From Hydrolagus affinis (Eukaryota), in NCBI GenBank assembly GCA_012026655.1, contig JAAILG010000225.1, positions 62,001 through 123,272 of the forward strand: a stretch of DNA of 61,272 bases, read 5' to 3'. The position numbers were made by a program, and so were the translations under genes. How positions within the stretch are numbered: position 1 is the first letter of the stretch; the number at the start of each line of letters is the position of its first letter. Positions 27,045 through 37,146 of the stretch are shown here, one piece after another. The notes beneath the pieces were generated by a model that made no database searches, was not told where the DNA came from, and worked only from the letters and a program-made list of their open reading frames with translations.

Positions 27045-27321
27045 AACTCACCTTGCAAGTAAAAAACCTAGGTCCAATTCCCAGCAGGAAAAAGCCCTGG
27101 GGAGTTTTCTTACTCCACATGCCTGGTAATGATCCCTCGAGAAAAGAATAATAAATTGGTCACTTCAATCCGCAACTGTTTGTGGGACACTGCTGTGCAC
27201 AATTTTCTGCCACGTTTCACCCACAAATATACAGTCAATTCACTTTACACTACATTCTGTGAAGCGCTTTGAGACATCTAGAAGATGAAATGCAAGGATT
27301 ATTATCATTATTATTATTATT
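27045..27321 (+). mobile_element. Deu-SINE, partial head
   Basis: ctcaccttgcaag...ttactccacatgcc...tgcaaggattatt. Confidence 0.8.
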
Positions 27322-30300
27322 GCCCTCAGAAGCTGCTCAAATCTCAATTTAAGTGTGCTCCAGAGCTGACGCATTGAAGTGTAAAGTTTGATGGAATTAC
27401 ACTTGAAGCTTTCCATTCTGTTTGTTCAGACCGGAGATTGACACATCCCATTGTCCCTGCACGGCAAGCCAGGAGATTGAAACAATTCAATTCAAAGCAG
27501 ATTCTTCTTCAAGCCGAGTGTGGGACTTATGGATGTTTTTAGAGTATTGTGGGAGGATAATTTTGTCTGTTGTGTTGGTGAGAGGTGGTGGGGGGAGGGT
27601 GGGGGGGTGAGCATGTGAGGAGTTTGGAGTAAACTCAGAAGTAAGTGGACAAAACCAAAATTTTCTCAATCAGGTTCTGGAATATTTTAGCTTGGATTCC
27701 ACTGACTCCGCATTCTCTTCCGCATCAATGACTTGGCATTTTACAGCAGAAATTGTGGTCAGAGGTGAATACCTAAGAGGGCTGAACATTAAAGGGCAGT
27801 GCTCCAGGCCTGTGTTCATCAAGTGAAAGTATTTAGTTGGAGCACTCGCCTTACAAGCATGAGACTTGTGTTCAAATCCAGGCAGGACAAAACCTTGGGC
27901 AAGTTTCCGTACTCCACGTGCCTAATAATGTGGGGGAGGAGTGGGGGGGGGGGGGAGTTGGTTGTACAGAAAGATAGAGGCTCCATACATTTGTCACATC
28001 AGTGCCTCTACTGACCTTTACCAGTCTTACATTGTCTGCTGGTCAAAATTGGAAGCCATAGAGTTTTTCTTCATTTGATTTCTCCCCCCCTCCCCCTCTC
28101 CCAATTGGCTGTGTGGGTACTCAGCCTTTCCCCCACCATTACTATCTACCCTCCATCCACCCAAGGTCAGGTTTGACTGAGTCAGCCTCTATAGGAGGCT
28201 CATGCGATGATTGGCCACACGGACGAGCTCTGGCATGAGTGAGCATTTAGCGCATGCTGTCTCGGCTGCACACACACACAGTTGCTCTGTTGCCATGTGA
28301 GCTGTGGTTCCAACCCACAATGTAAGCAGAGGAAATTCCATGGCTTTTGGAACTATTTTTCAGGCGGAAGGAAAATAAGGTGGTCACGGCACGTTGTACC
28401 CTTACTCCTCTCCAACAAGCTGCTTGAAAGTGTCATTAAATAGCTCTGACTCTTACCTACCTGTAATACCAGTCATGGTGTGGGATATACAGAGGACTGG
28501 CTCCAATGTGGAGGAAAATGGATCAGTGTATGTGTGTGTCTTGCTAATTGCTGCTGTGAGGTTCTCATAGTTGCTACCCTGCGTGAAGGGCATTATTTTA
28601 TTGCTGCAAGTTGTTGTTGCTTGGGAAAAATCAGGTAGCTGAGAACCCGAGGTAATAACAGCAAATCCACAGGCCATCAGTCCCATGTTCCTTACTAGTA
28701 TTTCCCCGAAATTCTTAGTACAGTATGCGGAAATCTTCTCCCCACCTCACTCCCACCACCGCTTCTGCTGCAAACTGGCCATGCAAGTTCACTGCTATTT
28801 AATGCCGATATCTGCAAAGGAACAATGCAAAGCAGGTTACCATTAGCTGGTGTAAGTTTCCTCCTAATTGCCATTCACTGCTTGTTGTGACACTTTAAAT
28901 AGAAATGTGCTTGCTTTTTTATTGTGCGTGTTCTCGCTCACCTCCATCAAGACCTGATCCTTCTTGAAGTTGGGGTTAGAAATGACTTTACACTTGGAAA
29001 CATTGCGCTGGCCCCCAAACAGCTGGCAGTGATGCGAGAGGCAGGTGCCTCTTTTCTTCCAGTGTTTGATTAATTCTTTTCAGTAGGCAGCATATGTTGT
29101 AGCCCGAGCCAGGTTTTTATCAATGGCTTCTCTGTCAGCCAGGAAGCAGTGGGATGACATGAAAACACGCAGCCTCCTAACACTTCACATAGAGCCCACT
29201 TTGTCTGCGAGTGAAGTACGGAGATGGTTAAAAATTGACGTGCTACAGGATCTGTATGAGCCACAAACCGAGTCCGAGCTGCGCTTGTCTTTCTCTAGGC
29301 TCCAAGTTATTGTCTTGAAGGGCAACTGCCCAGTTTCTCTTCTTCAGCAGTATTGTCTTGCAAACTTGGAAAGGAGCTCATGAATATTGACTAAGGTCCG
29401 CTGATGTGAATGAAATGCAAATTGGCTCAATGTAGACAGGGAGGGTGGCGGGGGTGGGGGGAATGGGGGAGGGGGGCTGTGGAGGAAGATTGAAAGTAGA
29501 GAGAGAGGGGAGAAGAAACAACACCAAACTTTGTCAGACTGGGTTCTTCAGCACAGTAGCACTGTATGAGGCAATACGTGCCCTTTCATTTGCGAGCTTC
29601 TGTGTAGACATCTTTCTGGCTGTCGGTGTACAAGGCAGTTGCATCTCAGAGGCTGCCTGCTCGCCCGCCCTTGTTTCCTGGAGTTTCCATGTGAGAGTGA
29701 AACCCTGAACGTTGGCCGTGTGTTTTTCTGCGACAGGCTGGACAAAGCAGAACACAAGTGTTGGCAGGAGGGAGGTACGTCTATTTCGTTCAGAAAAGCA
29801 TTTCTCAAGTGATTGAACAGATCATGAGGATGGAGGAGGGGGGGCGCGGAGGAGTCAGTTGCTGTAAATGGATCCTTATTCCTTGTGTGTTCCTTACTTC
29901 TTGCAAGCTCAGCCTTACTCTTATGTTTTAGGTAAGAGTTGCTAAATCCCTTCTATTGATGATGCGAAGCTGCTGGATAATTCCCAATTATTTTTATCGT
30001 CTCCCCACACACCATCTCCGTCAATTTCTCTCTCTCTCTCTCTCTGCTGGTTCACTGTTTTGCGTAGTAAGAATACATAACCTACATAATCTTAAATATT
30101 TAAAATATAAACGTTGCATTCAGCACCGAGAGTTTGAAATGTTATCATACCCGAGGGAATTGAAATCTTGTTTTTTTTAGTCGGACTTTTAAGATGAGTA
30201 AATCCTCTGATCCACCGGCAGATAAACTAATGGAATTTAATATTGCAAATGCAGGTTTATTGCATTGCAAGGTTCAACTGTTGTTGTGTGAGAATACCTG

Positions 30301-30624
30301 CAGCATTGTGTGGTGAATTATTTCCAGATCTGTGTTTTTCCCCACTCCTTAAGAGGTTTCTTCTGATATTTTAATGTGTTTACCAACCCCTGCTCCGTAA
30401 ATTCTGTTTTCAAAAAAATCAACGCACTGTGTTCCAGCCTTGGTATCTGCTTAGTTTTTCTAGCCTTTCCTGAACAAAGAGCGAGGTCGTCGCAGGGCAT
30501 CGTAGACTTCTGCAAACTCTTTGTGTCACCTGTGTTTAGTGAACAAGTGGTTACAGTGTCTTAAGGGGATGGAGGGTAAGGTATTTCAGAACCTTGGTAA
30601 ATGTTCCTTCTAGGTTGTCAGAGG

Positions 30625-30920
30625 AATAATAATCCTTGCATTTGATGCAGCGCTTTTCACATCTTCTAACAAATTAGTCATTTAAATCCACAACTGTTTG
30701 CGGCGCACTGCTGGGTGCAATTGGCTGCCGCATTTCACCCACTAATATACAGTCAGTTCACTTCACAGTATATTCTGTGAAGTGCTTTGAGACGTCTAGA
30801 GGATGATAAGGAGTTATACCAAATGCAAGGATTATTATTATTGCGCGATTATCATTAGGCATGTGGGGTAAGGAAACTTGCCCAAAGTTCCACCCTGCCT
30901 GGAATCGAATCCAGGTCTCC
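30625..30920. mobile_element. Rearranged Deu-SINE (minus tail / plus body and tail / minus head)
   Basis: Three consecutive segments of the same family in alternating orientation. Confidence 0.7.
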
Positions 30921-31059
30921 ACAATGAGCCAGGACTCGCCATTATCCATCTGTATGGGGGACTCCTTATCGGCAATGACCCACATCTGTACTGAATGGGC
31001 TGACCTCGCCCAGAGAAAGGTTTGGTGTAGTTTACTGGGCCTTCCTTTGCACCAGGTAT

Positions 31060-31600
31060 TATGAAGAAGATTTACCAGTATGGAATCAGGTATCAGAGAC
31101 TTTAGTTACTTGGGAGACTAAAGAAATTAGGATTGTCTTTCGAGCAGAGAAGGTTAAGGGGAGATTTAATAGAATTGTTCAAAATTATGAGGGTTTCGAT
31201 AGAGTAAATAAAGAAAAATTGTTTCCACTGGGAGTTGAGTCAGTAACCAAAGGACGCAGATTCAAAATAATTGGCAACAGAACCAGAGGGGAGACCGAGG
31301 AGACGATTTTTTACACAGAGAGTTGTCACCATCTGGAATGCACTGCCTGAAACAACAACAACATTACATTTATAGAGCGCCTTTTATGTCGGGAGGATGT
31401 CCCAAGGTGCTGAAAGTGTGTGGTGGAAGAAGATTCCATCATAACTTTCAAAAGGGAATTGGATATTTCCCTGAAAATAAGAAATTTACAAGGCGGTGCA
31501 GAAAGAGCGGGGGAGTGGGACTAATTGGGTAGCTCTTTCAAACAGCAGGCACAGGTTCGATGGGCCAGAATGGCCTCCTTCTGTGCTGTATGATTCTATG
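31060..31600 (+). mobile_element. CR1 LINE 3' fragment (degraded ORF2 end and 3' UTR) with a nested L2-tail insertion at 31353-31409
   Basis: agaaggttaaggggagatttaatagaa..ttcaaaattatgagg, tggaatgcactgcctga, and terminus gatgggccagaatggcctccttctgtgctgtatgattctatga. Confidence 0.85.
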
Positions 31601-34600
31601 AGGGGGAGAAATGTTGTCCCTGATGGCCATCCCACATGTCCTATTGGGAGTTCCCTGTGTGGCTCCACAGTTACAACCTTGATGCAAAGCTTTGAGATGT
31701 ATCATCAACCCAAAAAGGTACAATATTGGATGCAAAGATTATTAGATGGGATCAGGCTCAGTTGCGATGCCTCTCACAGGTGAAAAACTTGCAGGGGCTG
31801 TGGTGGCACCTTGCTGCTGTGAAACAGAACCCCGGGAAGAGAACAAAGTAGTTTAAAAAAAAAACTTTGAGGTGAGGAGTAAAGAAAATTTTGGGGGCAG
31901 CGAGCAGAAGAGAGAAAAGTATTGTGTCCCGCTTGTGGTGGTTGCAGTTTCAGCCATTTTGCCTCAAAAGACTCCCTCTCCATCCTTCTGCCATCCCTTA
32001 TCCCTCCCCTTCCTCATCTTCAGTTTGTGTGACTTCACTATTATACCTTCACTATATACCTTCCTCCATGACTGCACTATATAAATGCAAGTTGTTGGTG
32101 TTTGTTGAGGACAGGTTTTTGCTTGACCGCCCTCCCATCCTCAGACAAGTAACTAACCCGCGGACATTGACTGTCTCGCTCACGGCGATGATCGACTGCT
32201 TGAGTAGAATCCACGTGTGCATGGCGCCCTCTGAACAAGCGCAGTGCGTGACTCACTGCCTGCAGGGATACAGGGGAGAAAATTACAGTATTTTTAGGAA
32301 AGTAATTGCTCATTTTGCATTGACAGTAGAAAGAGGATTTTATAAATGGTTTGATTTAAGAGCTGCTCTTGAAATGTCAAGCCTTCAGAAAGGTTTGGCA
32401 GCGAACAGGCTATGTTTTTTTTCTAAAAAAAGAAAAGGGCATTTGACCTTTTATTTGTTAATCGTTGCTGTTAAAAGGAACCAGCGATCTGTGCATTCAC
32501 TCTCCCTGCAAAGAACATCTGGCCGATCTGTCAGAAGAGGACAATTAAGCTTCTACAATTCCTAGATTCTCTTGTTTCCTCGTTGGAGTTATTTTGTTTA
32601 CAGATCATCTCTAGGATTTCTTCTTTGTTGCTCATCCCCTCCCTCCCACCCCTTGCTACAAGCTGCCGACTCTTGCTCGAGTAATGTTCCACGGCTACCT
32701 ACCTTAGCCCAAAGCCCCTATTCATACGTCAGCCTAGTTGACAGCCTTTGCAACCATCCTTGGGGTCCCATCGGGTGAGAACAACTTATACCCAAGTCCA
32801 ATCTTATCCACATCCGGAGATCCACACACAGGAGGTTTACAGTGAGTTGTTTTACAATAAATAACCTAACGGAATATCGCTTCCCCAGCCTGGGGCACTG
32901 GTGCTAATTGTAGCGTCCCGATTGAAACTGACTAAGATCATCATGACGGCATCAAACCTGGCACTAGTGCACAGCGTGTGTCAGAACCACCCCCCCCCAA
33001 CCCCAACAGTTCCTGATTTGTCCGCCTCTGTTTCACGCTGAGCTCTTTAGTTGTAGTGCCCACTGTGTTCTTCCTGTCTCTCGAGGTAATTAGACTTGTT
33101 GGAATTCATCCCAGTCTGCCAGTACTTGTCCTGCCATGATTGCACCTGTCAACCTACATATAGCTATCTCTGGTTTCTGATGCACAATTGTGCTTAAATC
33201 ATCGCTGGATTGGTGAAGTGTGCAGTGGAGAAAAACGGTTCTGTTACCCAAACGACAGGTTGGGCTCAAAGCCAAATTGGGGGTGCAAAATATGTGCCTT
33301 GATGTCTAATTGGCTGCTGCGTTTCTCCCACATTTATACGGGCAATTCACTTCACAGTATATTCTGTGAAGTGCTTTGAGACATTAGAAGACGTGAAAAG
33401 CGCTATATCAAATGTAAGGAATATTATTATGTACTTATGTCCACATGAAAGTGCACTAGCACACTCCTAACTTCAAAACCAGAACATAACTGAAAAGAGC
33501 AATCAAACTGCTGTACCACCAGTTTTTCATCTTGTTAGTGTGTGCTGATTGAAAGGGTGCTGCAGATTGAGGCATCAACTGTAAGCAATGGAGAATCTGT
33601 AGCTGCAAAAGCTTTTATGTTCTGTAGAGGAGATTCGCCCACTTAAGTGATCTTGTGCTTCACAAGTTTCCAATAGTTGCAGAGATTTATCAAGTGCTTG
33701 TCCAAGGTCTCCCCCTGCTTGGCCTCGGGTTCTGCCATTCTTAATCGCTCTGAGACGCTGCCCGGGCGTGGAGGGCGCTATATAAGTGCAAGTTGTTGTT
33801 GTCACCTGCGTCATAATATAGAGGGAGCTTATAAACGGTGAGCACATAGGCAGAGAAAAACATTTTGTTTTAAAAATTCAATTGATTTACAGCCTTTTTG
33901 ATTGCGAAATAGGCGTTGCTTTTAGCTCTGTGCTCAGGATGGCAGAGCCCTAGGGAGGGGACTGTAAGTGTGGTCGAAGGGAAAAGTTTCTTTCTGAGAA
34001 AGGGCTGAGGCGAAGGGGTTGAGGGAGGGAGTTCCAAAGCTTTAAATACAAGAGTGAGAGGGGAGGAAGGATACCTGAGGTATTATCAAGTGAAGACCAT
34101 CCTAAATGCAGGTCCTTTATAAAAAGACGGTGTGTGTGGGTGTGTGTGTATGTAAATCAACAACAAATTGTATTTATATACTGCCTTTCACATGAGGATG
34201 ACATTTCAAGTTGTCCCTAGGTGAGGACATCCCAATAGACTCCATTGAAAACATAGGAAGGCAAATGTAGTTTGCATTATTAACACTCCATTTCAAAATA
34301 GTCACAGTCCCAAGTTGGAAGTGTGGATTCATTGCATGTCACAGATTTCTTGGGTTGCAGTGAATGTTCTCTTCGCCGTTCTCCACAATGTGTGTGCCAT
34401 GCGCTTCAGACTGTCGGGCAGCCAAAAGGTGACAGTGTGTGAGCTTGTGAGACTGACCTCATTGGAGTGTGTGTGCTAGAGATGAGCCAACAATCCCTGA
34501 GATAAAATTGTCATTTGCTTCATGGCTGTTTGTAGCAGATTGCAGTAAGCAAATTGACTGCCACGTACACCTGCAAATACATGGTCACTGTGCATTCCAG

Positions 34601-34644
34601 TCAAATTATTGCAGTTAGATAATTATTTGGCGAGGACAAGTTTG

Positions 34645-34766
34645 CAGTGCTATGGTGAAAGAGCGGTAGAGTGGGATTGATTAGGATAGCTCTTTCCAAA
34701 GAGCTGGCACAGACACCGTGGGCCAAATGGCCTCCCGCTGTTCTGTATAATTCTACGATTCTATGA
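34645..34766 (+). mobile_element. CR1 3' end fragment
   Basis: gagctggcacagacaccgtgggccaaatggcctcc...attctacgattctatga. Confidence 0.75.
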
Positions 34767-34831
34767 AATGCAGTGAAGCATTTTGAAACATCTTGCTGAC
34801 ATGATGAGCATTTCCACCAATTACAATGAGT

Positions 34832-35167
34832 TAGTGTCCGGCGATATATCGGTTATATCGGTATAATTTTTCATATCGATTTGCCGATATTGGAAATTTG
34901 AATATATCAATATATCGAAAAATTTGGTATAAAAAAATCGGTATATCGCAAATATCTGTATATCGTGTCCAGCGATATATCGGTTATATCGATATAATGC
35001 GAACTTTTTCAACTTACCTTGTCGCTGGCATTGCAAACCTCCTGGGCCTAGAGCACGGAATGTGCGCGCACATCCGAATGGATAAAACCCCCCAGCGATA
35101 TTGGTATATATCGATATGAGCCCACCGATATATCGATATCGGAAAATTTCCATATCAACAGATCCTA
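34832..35167. mobile_element. hAT-type MITE rich in CGATAT/ATATCG motifs
   Basis: 8-bp TSD CAATGAGT at 34824-34831 and 35168-35175; termini TAGTGTCCGGCGATAT... and ...ATATCAACAGATCCTA form an imperfect TIR. Confidence 0.8.
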
Positions 35168-35314
35168 CAATGAGTATTATTGGAGTGTGTACGTTGCGTG
35201 CAAATTAAATTCTACATTGCTGTTCATTGCGCACCAAAGCTCAACTTTTTCTTCTGATTGTCTAAAGAGGAAAGTAGACGAGATCACTAACACGCATTTC
35301 GGTTTCTGTTGCAG

Positions 35315-35627
35315 GTTTCACGTCGGGGCATGGCACCATTGAATAGCCGCACTCAGTCGTTCATCCCAATGAAGGTGTGAATGGGATTTTTGTTCAGACA
35401 GGAGCTCCACAACTTGTATATGGCACAAATATGCACATGCATGAAAACGTCTGGTTTAGAGTAACACAATACAGTGTGTAACGTCTGTGGTTCAGCAGTT
35501 CATTGCCACCCTGCCTTATCCGCACCCAGTCCGAGCCTGTGCACACACACTACGATCCCCGTTTTACCAAAGGCAGAGAGATGGTCGTCCGTTTCGTGGA
35601 GGCTGTTGAGTCAATCGAGCGAGGAGC
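35315..35627 (+). promoter_or_regulatory. SIPA1L1: 5' UTR part of the start-codon exon, carrying three uORFs (35330-35380, 35381-35464, 35581-35631)
   Basis: Branch-point-like cactaac and a pyrimidine tract precede the AG at 35313-35314. uORFs were read directly from the sequence. Confidence 0.75.
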
Positions 35628-37146
35628 ATGACCAGTTTAAAGCGTTCACAGACTGAGAGGGTCGGCAGCATCTCGCTCATGCTCGGACCTGAACTGACCA
35701 TAGGCGGGCGTTCTGATGACTTTTACGCCCGGCGGTTCAGAGCACCCAATGGCAGCATGCTGGGAGCCGGTGGCATTATGCCACCCCGAAGCGAGAGCTC
35801 CCATCACCTGGGCGCCACGCCCAGCATGCCCAAAATGGGGGTGCGGGCCAGGATCGCCGACTGGCCTCCCAGAAAGGACGCGACCAAAGAGTCGTGCAGG
35901 ACGAGTGACCAAGAATCCACGGGCAGTCCTGACGGCACTGTCTTGACCATCCATTCGATCAGCCCCAACCACCAGTACAGCCACAGCAACCAGAATTCCC
36001 TGGAGTCCGCGGCTTCGAGGAAGCTGCTGGGTGGAGACTACCAAAGCAAATCGAAAGAGATGGAAAACTTGGACTATCGGTTCCTGTCGCCGGACGGCTA
36101 CCTGCGGCCGCCCGGCAGCCGCTTACGCCGCATCCGGCAGCGAAGCAACAGCGACATCACCATCAGCGAGCTGGACATGGACGGGGTGGAGGAGTGCGGA
36201 GTGCTGAGCCACAAGGCGGGCAACACCATCCACCGTGAGTACGGCAGCACCTCCTCCATCGACAACCACGGAATGATGGGGGACAGCTTCTTCGATATAC
36301 TGAGGGGTTACCGGAACGAAAACGATGACCAGCGAAGCCCCGCCCCCGAGCAGCTGTGTGACCTGCTGAAGGCCGACCCTGGCCAGGGCTACGGCCTGAG
36401 CATGGACAGTGCCAGGCACGACTACGTGGATGGTGTGTACTCGCACAGGGACAGCCCCAGGCCGCACCACAAAGAGCGGGAGAAGCCACTGAAGCGACGC
36501 TCCAAGTCGGAGACGGGGGATTCCTCCATCTTCCGCAAACTGCGCAACGCCAAAGGCGAATGCGAGCTGAGCAAGTCGGCGGACATCGAGGACAGCAAGT
36601 CGGAGGACAGCTTGAAGGGCTGGGCCTGCCAGAAGTGCTTCACTCACTACGACGTGCAGAGCGTGCTGTTCGACTTGAACGAGGCCATGATGAACCGGCA
36701 CAATGTCATTAAGAGGAGGAACACCACGACCGGGGCCTCCGCGGCAGCCGCGGCCTCGCTGGCCGCCGGCCCCCTGGCCCACTCCGTGAGCTTCAGCTCA
36801 CCCTCGGGCAGCACCGAGGACCTGAACTCCAAGGAGAACCTGAACATGGACTACGGGGATGAGAAGAGTAACGAGTTGGTCCTCAGCTGCTCCTACTTCA
36901 GGAATGAGATTGGCGGCGAGGGCGAGCGCAAGATCAGCCTGTCCAGGTCCAACTCCGGGTCCTTCACCGGATTCGAAAATGCTTCCTTCGAATTGTCCCT
37001 GAGCTCCCATTGCACCAACGCTGGGGTCGCTGTATTGGAGGTGCCAAAGGAGAGCCTGGCGGTGCATTCCGACAAAGTCAAGAGATACATTGTGGAGCAC
37101 GTGGACCTGGGAGCCTATTACTATCGCAAATATTTCCATCAAAAAG
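35628..37146 (+). CDS. SIPA1L1: SIPA1L1/SPAR first coding exon (N-terminal region, 506 codons + 1 nt); the exon starts at 35315
   Basis: Translation begins [11 protein letters not shown] and includes [55 protein letters not shown] and [11 protein letters not shown], matching recalled vertebrate SIPA1L1. Acceptor ttgcag at 35314; donor AAG|gtaacg at 37146/37147; phase 1. Confidence 0.96.

Noticed and set aside
29880-29940. Consensus donor TAG|gtaaga near 29931 as a possible alternative first exon
   Set aside because: No definable exon start or promoter evidence from sequence alone.
31891-32565. 224-aa ORF, and similar 160-185 aa ORFs at 4125, 21467, 23564 and 25019
   Set aside because: No recognisable domain or splice context; several overlap repeats; consistent with chance.
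35646-37142. Antisense and alternate-frame ORFs up to 219 aa
   Set aside because: Shadows of the GC3-rich SIPA1L1 exon; no independent gene features.
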